Positions 33,825-44,432 of a stretch of 64,000 bases of DNA are shown piece by piece. The DNA comes from a bacterium. Its GTDB lineage: Bacteria; Patescibacteriota; Minisyncoccia; Phycocordibacterales; Phycocordibacteraceae. Where the stretch lies: NCBI GenBank assembly GCA_021784815.1, contig JAJYHK010000019.1:48726-112725 (forward strand), given 5' to 3'. How positions within the stretch are numbered: the first letter of the stretch is position 1; each line of letters opens with the position of its first letter. The notes beneath the pieces are model-generated. The model had not been told where the DNA came from, did no database searches, and was given only the letters and a program-made list of their open reading frames with translations. A program made the translations under genes and the position numbers.

Positions 33825-35507
33825 TCAGACGTTCTGAATCATGTCGCGCTTGATGTCGTCGAAGGAGCCGCCGACCTTCTTCCCCGGGTTCAAGATGTTT
33901 TCGGGATCGAAGAGTTCCTTCACCTGCGCGAAGAGCGCGACGATCTCCGGCCCGAAGAGCATAGGGAGATAGGGCGTGCGGATGATGCCGTCGTTGTGCT
34001 CGCCGGTGGTCGTACCGCCTTCGCTTATGACGAGGCGGTACACTTTCGGCGCAAGCTCGAGAATGACGTCCCTATTTTCTTTCTTCGAGAGATCCATGAG
34101 CGGGATGATGTGGAAATTGCCGTTGCCGATGTGCCCGGCAATCGTATAGATGAAGTGGCTTTTGTACTGATCGAGGAGCGCGTTCAATTTCGGCAGAAAT
34201 TCCGGATATGTCTCCGGCGGCACGACGAAGTCGTCGATAAAGGGCGACGCGTACATGCCGTGCAGATTCTTGCGCAGAAGCGAGAAGCTTTCGCGGCGCA
34301 CGATCCAGTATTTCTCGCTCTCTTTTTCGTTTTTTTCTATTTTCGCTTGCACGTCAAGGCCGTTGAGCGCGTCGCGCGCTGCGAAGGCCTTGCGATCCGC
34401 TTCTTCGATGGACGCCTCGGCAAACTCGGCCATGAGGATGAGTTTAGGCACGCCGCCGGTCGCGACCATGGCCGCCTCGGGAATGAAGTCGATGCCGAGC
34501 CGAGCCGCTTTGGCGAAGCCCATCTGCCTGAGCATTTGCGGCAGGAGCTTCACCGCGAGCGTGAAAGTGTGATCGTCGTAGCTCTCGAAGGACTCGGGAT
34601 GCTGCGGCAGGACGCGCTTCACGATTTCCGGGAGGAGCGCGATGTCGGAGAGGAAGATGACGAGCATCGCGCGGTGTTCCTTGGGAGTGACGAGCGCGAG
34701 CCGCGCGCGCGTCCAGAGCGCGAGCGTGCCCTGACTGCCGCAGATGAGCTTCGCGAGGTTCAGGCCGCCCGTACGCTCATCGCGCACGTTCCAGAGCGCG
34801 TACCCGGCGCTGTTTTTGCTCACCTTCGGCTTATGCGCGGCGATGAGCCTCGCGTTTTTTGCGAGAAGCTCGTCCATGCCGCGGTAGAGCGCGCCCTCGA
34901 GCGTCTTGAGCCTTTTTTTCTCTTCGACCTCTTCGGGGGAGAAGAGTTTAAAGGTTGTCGTGCTGCCGTCGCTAAGCACGACGTCCATCTCCTCGATGTA
35001 CTTCTCGGTCTTGCCGTACTCGAGCGTGCGCTCCCCGCCCGAATTGTTCGCGACGATGCCGCCCATGGCGCAAAGCTCGCGACTCGCGGGGTAGGAGGGG
35101 AGGATAAGGTTTTTGGCGAGGGTTTCCTTTTCGAAATCGCGATAGAAGACACCCGGCTCGGTCTCGGCATAGCCGTCGGCGATCGGGTCGTTGCCTGACT
35201 CCACCGTGAGCACGCGGTTCAGGTGTTCGGTAAAGGAGATGACGACGCCGGTCGTAAGGGGCCCGCCGCTCATGTCGGTACCGGCCGCGCGGGCCGCGAC
35301 GCACACGTCTGCGCCCGCCTTCTTCGCGTCATGCACCGTCTGTACGATCGCCGCGACATCCGCGGCGTCCGCGGGGCAGGCGACGAGCTCGGGCATCCGC
35401 ATGAAGAGCGACGTGTCGCGGCTCATTTTCTTGAGCGTGTCCGCATCATCCTTCACTTCGCCCGTAATCACGCGCACAATTTCTTTTTTAAGATCGAATT
35501 CCTCCAT
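33825..35507 (-). CDS. FAD-linked oxidase (GlcD / D-lactate dehydrogenase family)
   Basis: FAD-binding PCMH domain (GGPLTTGVVISFTEHLNRVL) and C-terminal FAD-oxidase domain. Start taken as MEEFDLKK (35507) by hand; it could instead be further upstream (35537 or 35660). Confidence 0.75.
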   Translation of the reverse strand: MEEFDLKKEIVRVITGEVKDDADTLKKMSRDTSLFMRMPELVACPADAADVAAIVQTVHDAKKAGADVCVAARAAGTDMSGGPLTTGVVISFTEHLNRVLTVESGNDPIADGYAETEPGVFYRDFEKETLAKNLILPSYPASRELCAMGGIVANNSGGERTLEYGKTEKYIEEMDVVLSDGSTTTFKLFSPEEVEEKKRLKTLEGALYRGMDELLAKNARLIAAHKPKVSKNSAGYALWNVRDERTGGLNLAKLICGSQGTLALWTRARLALVTPKEHRAMLVIFLSDIALLPEIVKRVLPQHPESFESYDDHTFTLAVKLLPQMLRQMGFAKAARLGIDFIPEAAMVATGGVPKLILMAEFAEASIEEADRKAFAARDALNGLDVQAKIEKNEKESEKYWIVRRESFSLLRKNLHGMYASPFIDDFVVPPETYPEFLPKLNALLDQYKSHFIYTIAGHIGNGNFHIIPLMDLSKKENRDVILELAPKVYRLVISEGGTTTGEHNDGIIRTPYLPMLFGPEIVALFAQVKELFDPENILNPGKKVGGSFDDIKRDMIQNV

Positions 35508-35716
35508 GGAGGCAGTATAGAACGCACACTGCACCATTTTTGCGGGCGATGGTACAATCTGTGTATGCCAGGGGAGGTTGGGAATCGCAAAAAGGTTCTC
35601 GCAAATGCCAGTATTGAGCCGGGTGGCGGGACTTTGAGTAACGGCCGTACATTGGTACACTATGCCAGTATTTTGGGCTGCCTAAAGCTAGCTCCGGTAC
35701 ACAGGTAACAATCGAC

Positions 35717-36454
35717 ATGAACAACACTAATCGAACCATTCTTGCAGTTATTGTGCTGGCCGTCGTTGTTGGCGCGGGCGGGTACGCGCTCTCGCGTCCG
35801 TCTGCGGCAAATGCGCAAACGGTGGCCACGGTGAACGGTGCCCCGATTACTCGGAGCCAGCTCCAATCGGAGGAGGCGCAGATCGGTACGCAGATGGGCG
35901 CGAGCGGTACCTCGACCGCGCTGTTCCAGAACACGGCGCTTAACGCGCTCATCGGCACCGAGCTTCTGAAGCAGGCGGCGGCAAAGGCCGGCTATGCCGC
36001 ATCCTCGACCGCCATTGATTCCCAGCTCGCCGCGGTGAAAGCGCAATTCAAGACGACGCAGGACTATCAGAACGCACTTAAGGCTCAGAATCTCACGGAG
36101 CCGCAGCTGCGTTCGCAGATTGCGGACAATCTCTTGATCGGCCAGTTCCTGCAGCACCAGCTTAATCTCTCGGCGGCGACTGCGACCGAAGCGCAGATTC
36201 AGCAGGCGTACCAGACCGAGAAGCAGCAGCAACCGAACATGCCCGCACTCTCGTTGGTTCATGATCAGCTCGCACAGATGATCGTGCAGCAGGAGCAACA
36301 GCAGGCGGTGGCGCAGTACGTGCAGCAGCTGCGCGCGAGCGCCGATGTGAAGATCTTCATTTCGACTTCGACGCCAAGCGTGCCGGCGGGCACGGCCCCG
36401 ACGGGCGGCACAAGCGCGGGCGCGAACGGCTCGACCACGGGCACCCAGGGCTAA
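35717..36454 (+). CDS. SurA-N-like periplasmic chaperone-domain protein
   Basis: Signal-anchor then a Gln/Ala-rich helical domain. Weak call. Confidence 0.45.
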   Translation: MNNTNRTILAVIVLAVVVGAGGYALSRPSAANAQTVATVNGAPITRSQLQSEEAQIGTQMGASGTSTALFQNTALNALIGTELLKQAAAKAGYAASSTAIDSQLAAVKAQFKTTQDYQNALKAQNLTEPQLRSQIADNLLIGQFLQHQLNLSAATATEAQIQQAYQTEKQQQPNMPALSLVHDQLAQMIVQQEQQQAVAQYVQQLRASADVKIFISTSTPSVPAGTAPTGGTSAGANGSTTGTQG

Positions 36455-36476
36455 ACAGGGGGGTGCTAAGCGCAAA

Positions 36477-36507
36477 CAAAGCCCCGCGGCAAAGCCGCGG
36501 GGCTTTG
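36477..36507 (+). terminator. intrinsic terminator
   Basis: caaagccccgcggc-aaa-gccgcggggctttg. Confidence 0.7.
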
Positions 36508-36521
36508 CTAGAATTGCGCAC

Positions 36522-36953
36522 ATGTCCGCGCGACCGGAAAAGAGTGCATGGAGCCGGCTGCGCCGCACCCTTCGCACGCGTACGACGGGGTCGGTAACGC
36601 GCTTGCCGCGCGTTCACCGGCAGAGCGCGATGCACAAGGAAGCGGCGGAGCGTGCGCGTGCGCTTGCGCACGCGCGTCTCGAACACTTCAACCGGTTTTA
36701 TGGCTTCACCTACGAACGCGTGTTCATCCGTAGCCAAAAGACGCGCTGGGGCGCCTGCTCGGCCAAGGGAAACCTCGGCTTCAACTTCCGCATCGCGTAC
36801 CTGCCAGCGTACCTTGCCGACTACGTCATCGTGCACGAGCTCTGCCACCTCGAGCAGTTCAATCATCCGCCCGCTTTCTGGGAGCTTGTCGCTAGAACGA
36901 TTCCCGACCACAAGGCACGCCGTACCGAGCTACGCAGGCGCTACCGGTTTTAA
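36522..36953 (+). CDS. DUF45/YgjP-like M48-family zinc metallopeptidase
   Basis: HELCHLEQFNH HExxH motif in a YgjP-like context. Confidence 0.7.
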   Translation: MSARPEKSAWSRLRRTLRTRTTGSVTRLPRVHRQSAMHKEAAERARALAHARLEHFNRFYGFTYERVFIRSQKTRWGACSAKGNLGFNFRIAYLPAYLADYVIVHELCHLEQFNHPPAFWELVARTIPDHKARRTELRRRYRF

Positions 36954-37022
36954 TCACCCAGGGGTCTTAGTTTTCCACAGGAGCTTCTTGAACCGAGTAC
37001 GAATGGGAGTACGGTAAAAGTA

Positions 37023-39980
37023 ATGTGCGCTCGCACGTTCGCACTCCTGGGGTTCTTTTTTGTCGGCGTACTCGGCTGGATCCTGCTGCCGTTCGGGGCG
37101 CATGCGGCCATGGTTGTCAGTCTTAGCGGGACAGCGCTGTTTAGGCACGTCTCTGTTATTTGGCCGACTTATACCTTCGCTAGTATGACTATGACGAAAT
37201 CCGCGCTGCGCGCGGGTGACGCGGTGGGATTCGCGACTACGATCGCGAGCGACTCGGGCGCGCCAATTTTCGAAGCAGATCTCTCTCCGCTCAACGGCCC
37301 CGACGTAACGGACTCCTCAGTGATCGCGACGATCCCCGATACGGACCCCGCGCTGCAGGACTATACATTCAGACTCGATCCGGTTGCGGTGGCTCCTTCT
37401 GCGGCTACGGGAACGCGGACCGTCTCCCTGTATGCGTATGCGCCGCTCAGTATCGGTGATGCCACGTCCGTACCGATCGTTATCGACAACGCGGCGCCGA
37501 TCGTCTCGCTTGCCGCTGCGTCTGCCTCAAGTAGTCCAGGAACGCTCATTTTATATCTCACCGGCTCGGCAGACGGCACTGGGAGCCGCGCGAACATAAT
37601 TGCGCTTGAGGGTGACGCGTACGATAGCTCGGGTGCGCTCTTGACGAGCGGTCCGGTGCCGCACACGTTTGTGACCGCAAACGTTGCGGCCCTTAATGCG
37701 GCGCTTGCATCCTCGACCAACGGCTCGTTTGTGCATGCGCTGGTCGCGATTGATACATCGTCATTGCCGACCTCTCAAGCCGCCGCGCTCGTGCTTACGC
37801 TCGTGGTTGCGGATGGGGCAGGGAACATCGCCACCGCAAGTACGAGCGTGCCACTCGTTCCACCGAGACCAAAGCTCTCGAGCGTGCTCTTCATCCCCGG
37901 CACCGAGGCGAGTCGGTTGTACTACCGCGATGCGCAGGGCAAGGACCATCAAGAATGGGAACCGACCGTAAGCACGAATATCTCATTCCTGGCAATGAAC
38001 CCGGATGGTACGAGCAAATTTCGCTTGTTTACCAAGGACATCCTCGATGTCGGTGAACGTTTCAGCCCGCAGGCTGCCCTCATTGCGAAAGAATTCGGTC
38101 AGAATGTGCAGGTATATGGCGATTTTGAAGCCTTCATGAATGACCTCGTCGCGTCGAGCACGGTCGAAATGCATGCGTGGCGGGCGTACCCGTATGATTG
38201 GCGCTACGACCCCGCCGCGATCGTGAACGACGGTACGCTCACGGAATTACCCGACGGATCGATCACTCGAGTATATCTCGAAAACGTGCTCCAGCGGATG
38301 GCGTCGAGCTCGGCGACGGGCAAGGTGACGGTCGTCGCGCATAGTAACGGCGGCTTGTTGGCGAAAGCGTTGCTCAACAAGCTGCAGCAGGAAGGAAAGA
38401 CGACGCTAGTTGACCGGCTCATCTTGGTCGGGACGCCGCAATGGGGTACGCCGTCCGATATCGGCAGCATGCTCCACGGCGACGGACAGTCGTGGCTCGG
38501 GGGGCTCCTCCTGCAAGCAGCGCCAGCGCGCGCGGTTATCGAATGGCTGCCCGACGCGTATGATCTGCTCCCCTCGGCGGCGTATTTCTCCCACGTGGCG
38601 AATGCGGCTGCCGTATTTGAGCCGGGCGCGCTATCAGGCGCCTACGCGACCCAGTACGGAAAATTCGTTACTTCGTCGCGTGCACTGAACCGGTTTCTTG
38701 AAGATGATGGTAACGTGCATCCCGCTGTGGTGAGCGAAAACGATCTCTATACGCCCGCAACGCTGTCTTCGGCATTGCTTGGTACGGCGACAGCGACGCA
38801 CGCGGTGCTTGATGCATGGACGCCGCCAGCAGGCGTCGCAGTCACGGCGATAGCAGGATGGGGCCAAGAAACGGTTAGCGGCTTGGTGTACACGACAAAG
38901 ACGGTGTGCAGCATGCTGAGCGCCGATATACTGCCGAGCCTGTGCCCGACACCGCAACGGCTTGAGCACGCGCCCATTTTGACCCAAGACGGCGATGATA
39001 CGGTCGTCTCTCCAAGCGCGGTGGGCGATGTGGGGCAGAAGCTGTATTTCAATGCAAAAACGTATGCCAACGTTGGCAAAAATATAACTCACCAGGATTT
39101 AATGTCCGCCGTTCCAGTTCAACAAGAAATCATTAATTTGCTTGAAAACAATCGGTCCAGTACATCTCTCTATATCGGGCCGGCAGAACCGACGGGAGGA
39201 ACAAACCCGCTCATCCAAATCAGCTCTCATTCCCCGGTGCATCTCGTGGTGAGTAACGCGGCGGGGCAGCAGTCGGGCGTCCTGCCGCTGCCGGGTACTG
39301 ACTTTGCCGGGGTCAAAAAAGACATTCCCGGGAGCGCGGTACAGGTGCTCGATGACGAGGAGTACGTGACCGTGCCGCAGAATGGCCTGTACCGCGTTAC
39401 CGCTACCGGATATGCAACGGGAACGGCGACCATTAGCATAGCTGCGGTGTCGAGCGCGGGCTACGCGAGCACAACCGCGGAGCTTGCGGACGTTCCGGTC
39501 GCGGCAAGTTCGACGATTTCGTTTTCGGTTTCGAGCGGCGCGCCAGGCTCGGCGCGCGTGGATGAAAACGGCGACGGCAAAGCCGAGTTCACTATCTCGA
39601 CGAGCACTTTCTCGGGCAATCCGAACGGGTATGTGCGCTTCATGGAGGCGGCCGTTACCGCCATGCGGCTTGCACCGTTTCTGGAGCGCCCCATACAGGC
39701 ACAGCTCTATCTTATCGATCGTAGCCTTAAGATGCAGGATAGGATCCGGGAAATCGCTGATCACTATCCACAGCTCCTCATGCGGCATAGCCCGCTCATT
39801 GACCTGCAGGTCGACGCGCTTACGCGCTGGATTAGTATGCGAGCTGCTCATCCCAGGGCGAATATTCCGCGAGGAGATTTCTTCGAGGCGGAACGGGAGC
39901 GCTTTATGCCGCAACTGTCGACAATCCAGGCACAGGCACTTCTAAGCATGCTTAACTACGTTAAAACCCTTCTCCCATGA
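37023..39980 (+). CDS. large secreted alpha/beta-hydrolase (PGAP1/LCAT-like lipase) with N-terminal Ig-like region
   Basis: Signal peptide. Lipase nucleophile elbow VVAHSNGGLLA. 985 aa. The 3' third is lower in GC. Confidence 0.6.
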   Translation: MCARTFALLGFFFVGVLGWILLPFGAHAAMVVSLSGTALFRHVSVIWPTYTFASMTMTKSALRAGDAVGFATTIASDSGAPIFEADLSPLNGPDVTDSSVIATIPDTDPALQDYTFRLDPVAVAPSAATGTRTVSLYAYAPLSIGDATSVPIVIDNAAPIVSLAAASASSSPGTLILYLTGSADGTGSRANIIALEGDAYDSSGALLTSGPVPHTFVTANVAALNAALASSTNGSFVHALVAIDTSSLPTSQAAALVLTLVVADGAGNIATASTSVPLVPPRPKLSSVLFIPGTEASRLYYRDAQGKDHQEWEPTVSTNISFLAMNPDGTSKFRLFTKDILDVGERFSPQAALIAKEFGQNVQVYGDFEAFMNDLVASSTVEMHAWRAYPYDWRYDPAAIVNDGTLTELPDGSITRVYLENVLQRMASSSATGKVTVVAHSNGGLLAKALLNKLQQEGKTTLVDRLILVGTPQWGTPSDIGSMLHGDGQSWLGGLLLQAAPARAVIEWLPDAYDLLPSAAYFSHVANAAAVFEPGALSGAYATQYGKFVTSSRALNRFLEDDGNVHPAVVSENDLYTPATLSSALLGTATATHAVLDAWTPPAGVAVTAIAGWGQETVSGLVYTTKTVCSMLSADILPSLCPTPQRLEHAPILTQDGDDTVVSPSAVGDVGQKLYFNAKTYANVGKNITHQDLMSAVPVQQEIINLLENNRSSTSLYIGPAEPTGGTNPLIQISSHSPVHLVVSNAAGQQSGVLPLPGTDFAGVKKDIPGSAVQVLDDEEYVTVPQNGLYRVTATGYATGTATISIAAVSSAGYASTTAELADVPVAASSTISFSVSSGAPGSARVDENGDGKAEFTISTSTFSGNPNGYVRFMEAAVTAMRLAPFLERPIQAQLYLIDRSLKMQDRIREIADHYPQLLMRHSPLIDLQVDALTRWISMRAAHPRANIPRGDFFEAERERFMPQLSTIQAQALLSMLNYVKTLLP

Positions 39981-40435
39981 AGCTCTGGATTAAGAAATTG
40001 CTCATTTTCGTGATTGCAGGGTTTGTATACACCTTTGGCCAATATTTTCGTGGGGTATGGTTTCTAAATAGCGGTCTGCCAAACACATGTGGGCATGCGA
40101 TATTTAATGGAATCCCTTTTTGTGATTCACCATATCTAGATACCCTCGGGTGGCCGCTCATAACACTGGGTGAAGTGCTCGCTGTTGTCGCCGTTATCAT
40201 GCTTTTTGCAAACGAGAGAGGTCTTCGTAAGTGGTTCCGATTTTCGCTTGTATACCTGCCACTTGCCGCAGTGCTGTCTATCTACCTCTCCAGCTTACGT
40301 TTGCCGCTCGGTCCCACTATACAGCTTTGGGGTCCCGTTCGTTTCTTCGGTATCATCTATGCGCTCGTAACAGCCGGGATCGTGCTCTACGCGAGAGTGC
40401 GGCGCCCGGATCCTGTTCCACGCGCCGCGCCGTAA
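39977..40435 (+). CDS. hypothetical 4-TM membrane protein (low-GC)
   Basis: ATGA overlap with the upstream gene. Hydrophobic. Composition differs from the genome background. Confidence 0.45.
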   Translation: MKLWIKKLLIFVIAGFVYTFGQYFRGVWFLNSGLPNTCGHAIFNGIPFCDSPYLDTLGWPLITLGEVLAVVAVIMLFANERGLRKWFRFSLVYLPLAAVLSIYLSSLRLPLGPTIQLWGPVRFFGIIYALVTAGIVLYARVRRPDPVPRAAP

Positions 40436-40521
40436 GAAGCACTTGATTATCCCCAGGGGTGCCTGGAGCGGGGTTGGTATGCTCTCAGGGTTGTTAGCTA
40501 ATCAGTAACCACCTTGCGCCT

Positions 40522-41142
40522 ATGAAACTCTACTACTCCCCGGGAGCCTGTTCGCTGTCGCCGCATATCGTGTCGCGTGAGCTCGGGCTGCCCGTCGAAC
40601 TCTCGAAGGTCACCTTTTCCGCCGATGGCCGCACTACCGAAGAAGGCGAGAACTTTTTTCAGGTAAATCCGCGCGGCGGCTATGTGCCAGCGCTACGGCT
40701 CGACGACAGCTCGGTACTCCTTGAAGGGCCGGCAATTGTGCAGTATCTCGCTGACCAGGCGCCGGAGAAGGGTCTTCTGCCGGAGTGCAGTACCCGCGCG
40801 TACTACGACGCGATCTCGTGGATGACGTTCATCTCGACCGAGCTCCATAAGGGTTTCAGTCCGCTCTACGGGAATCCGCCGGAAGAGGAGAAAGCGAAGA
40901 TCATCGACCGGCTCAAGAAGCGTATTGCGATCATTGAAGCGGCTCTTGAGGGGAAGGAGTACCTCCTTGGCTCGACCTTTAGCATTGCCGACTGCTACCT
41001 CTACACGATTCTGCGCTGGACGGGACAGTTCGGCATCGATCTCGCTGCCTATCCGCACACGAAGGCCTTTGTGGCGCGCATAGAAAAACGCTCAGGGGTG
41101 CAGCAGGCACTCTCGGAGGAGGGGCTTGAGCCCGTCGCATAG
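40522..41142 (+). CDS. glutathione S-transferase (beta-class-like)
   Basis: MKLYYSPGACSLSPHIV... N-terminal thioredoxin-like domain plus helical C-domain. 206 aa. Confidence 0.85.
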   Translation: MKLYYSPGACSLSPHIVSRELGLPVELSKVTFSADGRTTEEGENFFQVNPRGGYVPALRLDDSSVLLEGPAIVQYLADQAPEKGLLPECSTRAYYDAISWMTFISTELHKGFSPLYGNPPEEEKAKIIDRLKKRIAIIEAALEGKEYLLGSTFSIADCYLYTILRWTGQFGIDLAAYPHTKAFVARIEKRSGVQQALSEEGLEPVA

Positions 41143-41155
41143 TTTAAGTTCATGA

Positions 41156-41191
41156 CAAAACAAGGCCGAGCGGCTGCTCGGCCTTGTTTTG
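41156..41191 (+). terminator. intrinsic terminator after GST gene
   Basis: caaaacaaggccgagc-ggct-gctcggccttgttttg. Confidence 0.75.
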
Positions 41192-41220
41192 CATCGACGC
41201 CTGCGGTGTCTCGCGCTGTC

Positions 41221-41415
41221 ATGCTACGCTACGCGCATATGCATATCGAATGGAATCGGGTGACGTGGTATTCGTGGCTCGCGGCCGTCATCGTATTTGG
41301 CGGAGCCCTCGCGATCGGTTTCTACCTCGGAGCTCGTTGGGAGCAGGTGCACATTGAGCGCGCGCTTACGCAAATGCCTGCGAGTACCGGGCATGCGCCC
41401 GCGGTCGCGCAGTAG
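41221..41415 (+). CDS. possible small single-TM protein
   Basis: ATG downstream of the terminator hairpin. The listed ORF start at 41152 lies inside the hairpin. Confidence 0.25.
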   Translation: MLRYAHMHIEWNRVTWYSWLAAVIVFGGALAIGFYLGARWEQVHIERALTQMPASTGHAPAVAQ

Positions 41416-41477
41416 GTGCGCGAAACAGCACGCGGCCAGCGGCCGCGCGCTGTTTCGCGTTCCGGTATACTGCCTGC

Positions 41478-43187
41478 ATGATCCAGGGCGAAGCGCTCGC
41501 AATCCTTAAGACCGGTGCAAACGTTTTCCTCACCGGCGAGCCGGGCAGCGGGAAGACGCACACGATTAACGCGTACATCGCCTGGCTACGCGCATGCGGC
41601 ATCGAGCCCTCGATTACCGCGGCCACCGGAATCGCGGCGACCCATGTGGGCGGCATGACCATCCACTCCTGGAGCGGCATCGGCGTCACGCAAAATATCA
41701 CTCCGGCCGACATCGACCGCATCGCCGGCAAGGAACACGTCGCGCGGAGGATCCTGAAGGCGAAAGCGCTCATTATCGAAGAGGTTTCTATGCTCTCGGC
41801 CGATATGCTTGGCGGCGTTGATGCCATCTGCCGTGAGGCAAGACGCGACGAACGGCCTTTCGGCGGTCTCACGGTCGTGCTCGTGGGCGACTTCTTCCAG
41901 CTGCCGCCCATCGTGCAGCGCAACCCGCGCTCCGCCAGTATGGGGGATGAGCGCACGGATGCGCTTTTCGCGTACGCGTCCGAATCTTGGCGCGAACTCA
42001 ATCCGGTCATCTGTTACCTCACGGAGCAGCATCGCCAGGAGGATGACGCGTTTCTCGACATTCTCTCCGCTATCCGCGCGGGCGAGGTGGGCCAGCATCA
42101 CTACGAACAGCTCCTCACCCGGGAGACCGAGGACGCGTTCGTACCGGAGGATGCGCCGAAGCTCTACACGCATAATGCCGACGTCGACCGCATCAATGCG
42201 ACCGCGCTCGCGAAGCTGCCCGGACCGTCGAAGAAGTTTCTCATGACGAGCAAGGGGCGCGATGCGCTCGTCGAAGGGCTGAAGCGCGGCTGCCTCTCGC
42301 CCGAGGTGCTCGAGCTCAAAGAGGGTGCGACGGTCATGTTCACCAAGAACTCTCCGCAGGGAAGGTTTGTCAATGGTACCCTCGGCACGGTCGCGGGATT
42401 CGAGCGGGGGAGCGGCATGCCGCTCGTGGAGACGCGCGCCGGGCAGGCCGTGACTGTCGAACCCATGGAGTGGCAGGTGGAAGAGCAGGGCACGGTACGC
42501 GCGAGCATTGCCCAGGTGCCGCTACGGCTCGCGTACGCAATGACCGTCCACAAAAGCCAAGGGCTCTCGATGGACGCCGCGGTCATCGACCTCTCCCGCG
42601 CCTTTGAGTACGGGCAGGGCTATGTGGCGCTGAGCCGCGTGCGGCGGCTTGATGGCGTGCACCTGCTTGGCATCGGCCAGCGCGCGCTCCGGGTGCATCC
42701 GGCTATCCTTGCGGAGGACCATCGATTTCGCAGCGCTTCGGAGGCGGCAGCGGCGACTTTTGGCGAGCTGTCGGAAATAGAGCTCCATGCGCTCCAGAAG
42801 CGATTCGTGAAGGCAGCGGGCGGCGCATGGAAAGAGCGAGTGCCGGACGCTTCTCTTGAGAGCGCACCCAAGGGTCTTCAGGGCCGGCTCGCGCAGACGC
42901 TCCAAGCCGCGCGCGATGCGCGCACGCTCGCCGAGGTGGCAAAGGAGCGCGGGCTCACCGCTTCGACCATCGTGAAGCATCTCGAAGAGCTCGCTAGCGC
43001 GGGTGCGCTCGAATGCAAGGACATCGCGCATCTGCTCCCGATAGGCAGCGCGTATACCGAGATCCAAGAGGCGCTTGCAGGAGCTGGTACCGAGCGGCTG
43101 ACGCCGGTATTCACCGCGCTCGGCGGTCGCTACTCATTTGAAGAAATTCGCCTCGTGCGCCTTATGCGCGCATACGCGCGATCGTGA
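41478..43187 (+). CDS. PIF1/RecD-family SF1B DNA helicase with C-terminal HTH-like domain
   Basis: Walker A GEPGSGKTH, LIIEEVSMLS, VLVGDFFQLPPI, MTVHKSQGLS motifs. Confidence 0.8.
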   Translation: MIQGEALAILKTGANVFLTGEPGSGKTHTINAYIAWLRACGIEPSITAATGIAATHVGGMTIHSWSGIGVTQNITPADIDRIAGKEHVARRILKAKALIIEEVSMLSADMLGGVDAICREARRDERPFGGLTVVLVGDFFQLPPIVQRNPRSASMGDERTDALFAYASESWRELNPVICYLTEQHRQEDDAFLDILSAIRAGEVGQHHYEQLLTRETEDAFVPEDAPKLYTHNADVDRINATALAKLPGPSKKFLMTSKGRDALVEGLKRGCLSPEVLELKEGATVMFTKNSPQGRFVNGTLGTVAGFERGSGMPLVETRAGQAVTVEPMEWQVEEQGTVRASIAQVPLRLAYAMTVHKSQGLSMDAAVIDLSRAFEYGQGYVALSRVRRLDGVHLLGIGQRALRVHPAILAEDHRFRSASEAAAATFGELSEIELHALQKRFVKAAGGAWKERVPDASLESAPKGLQGRLAQTLQAARDARTLAEVAKERGLTASTIVKHLEELASAGALECKDIAHLLPIGSAYTEIQEALAGAGTERLTPVFTALGGRYSFEEIRLVRLMRAYARS

Positions 43188-43200
43188 GCACCAGGCCCGG

Positions 43201-43641
43201 TTAGCGGCGAATGCGGCGGGCAAAGCTGAGGCTCGAGAACGCGAGATATCCGGCGAGGAGGAACCCGGCCCAGGAGATCCAAAGCGGAAGCGGGAATCCG
43301 CCGAATATGATCGAGATGTTGAAGAGAAGGCGTGCGAGGTGCGCGAGCGAGACGATTGTAAAGATGACGCCCGCGATGACGAGGAGTGTGCGTTCCGAAG
43401 GCGAGGAGATAGGCAACCGCATGTTCCAGCCATAGTGGATGAGGAGCAGCAGGAGCGCGCTGTCGAACACAAGGATTTCCGGAAGCATGTGGTTCGTCCA
43501 GGTGACGCCGAGGAGGGAGAGCGGGAGTATGCCCGCGGCGGAGAACCAGAGGACGCTGATAATGTCGGCGAGCACGAGGCCGGTCGCGACTTTCGCGACT
43601 TCACGGAGTGCGCGGTGGTGGTTCATGTGTGAGATCGTCAT
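43201..43641 (-). CDS. hypothetical polytopic membrane protein
   Basis: 146 aa hydrophobic ORF, ATGA overlap with the HAD gene end. Confidence 0.45.
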   Translation of the reverse strand: MTISHMNHHRALREVAKVATGLVLADIISVLWFSAAGILPLSLLGVTWTNHMLPEILVFDSALLLLLIHYGWNMRLPISSPSERTLLVIAGVIFTIVSLAHLARLLFNISIIFGGFPLPLWISWAGFLLAGYLAFSSLSFARRIRR

Positions 43642-44414
43642 GAAGCGGCTAATAATGACACTATAGCGCGCGCGGTGTCCGCCGGACTTCGGACGGCAAG
43701 TGCCTGCGCATTGGTATCGAGCACCGGTTCGTCGTTGCCTTCTTCGTAGAGCTCGTCGCCGATGTAGAGCGCGTCCTGCTCGGGTATGGCAAGGCGCGCG
43801 CAGAGCTGGCGCAGGCCGTATGCTTTGTCGATCCCTGCTTTTGTCACGGCGATGGTCGCGGTGCCGCCGATATACGCGTGGAAGCCGTTCGGCAAACGGT
43901 CGGCGACGGCGCGCAGGAGCGCCCGGCGTCTGGTCTTTTCCGGGTCCCAGGCGTACTTCTCACTAAAGGGCGCATCGGCGCCGAGCGCGAGAAGCGCGAC
44001 CTCTGCGCCGCGACGCACCACGCGCTTGCCCCATGCCTCTGTCGCAAGATCGATAAATCCCGTGGACTCGGCGCCCTCGCGCAGGGCGCGTTCGATCGTA
44101 CGAGCTTCGGTGTCGGGAATCGTCTCTTCGTACACTTTGTCCCAGCCGCCATCCCGATAGCGATAAAGCGCGCCACCCGATGCGGGGAGGAGATAAAGGT
44201 TGGCGAATCCCGCGCTCGCAGGTAGGCGAGCGACCATCTTTAAGAGATTAGGCAGTCCGTCGACCGAGGTGATGCCGACCGCCATACGCTCGAGCAGCTG
44301 AGCGAGCTTCACTGCCATGAGCTGCTCGAGCGGCTGCTTGTTTGCCGCGAGCGTACCGTCGAAGTCAAAGACGACAAGCTTCGGCTGCGCGGTGTTTAGA
44401 GAGGGAATCAGCAT
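43638..44414 (-). CDS. HAD-superfamily phosphatase (IIB-like)
   Basis: LVVFDFDGTLA motif I, later GD..ND motif. Confidence 0.75.
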   Translation of the reverse strand: MLIPSLNTAQPKLVVFDFDGTLAANKQPLEQLMAVKLAQLLERMAVGITSVDGLPNLLKMVARLPASAGFANLYLLPASGGALYRYRDGGWDKVYEETIPDTEARTIERALREGAESTGFIDLATEAWGKRVVRRGAEVALLALGADAPFSEKYAWDPEKTRRRALLRAVADRLPNGFHAYIGGTATIAVTKAGIDKAYGLRQLCARLAIPEQDALYIGDELYEEGNDEPVLDTNAQALAVRSPADTARAIVSLLAAS

Positions 44415-44432
44415 ACATAACTCTATGGCTCG

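Noticed and set aside
41152-41220. Start of ORF 41152-41415 (MTKQGRAAARPCF…)
   Set aside because: These codons are the GST terminator hairpin. A later ATG (41221) is used instead.
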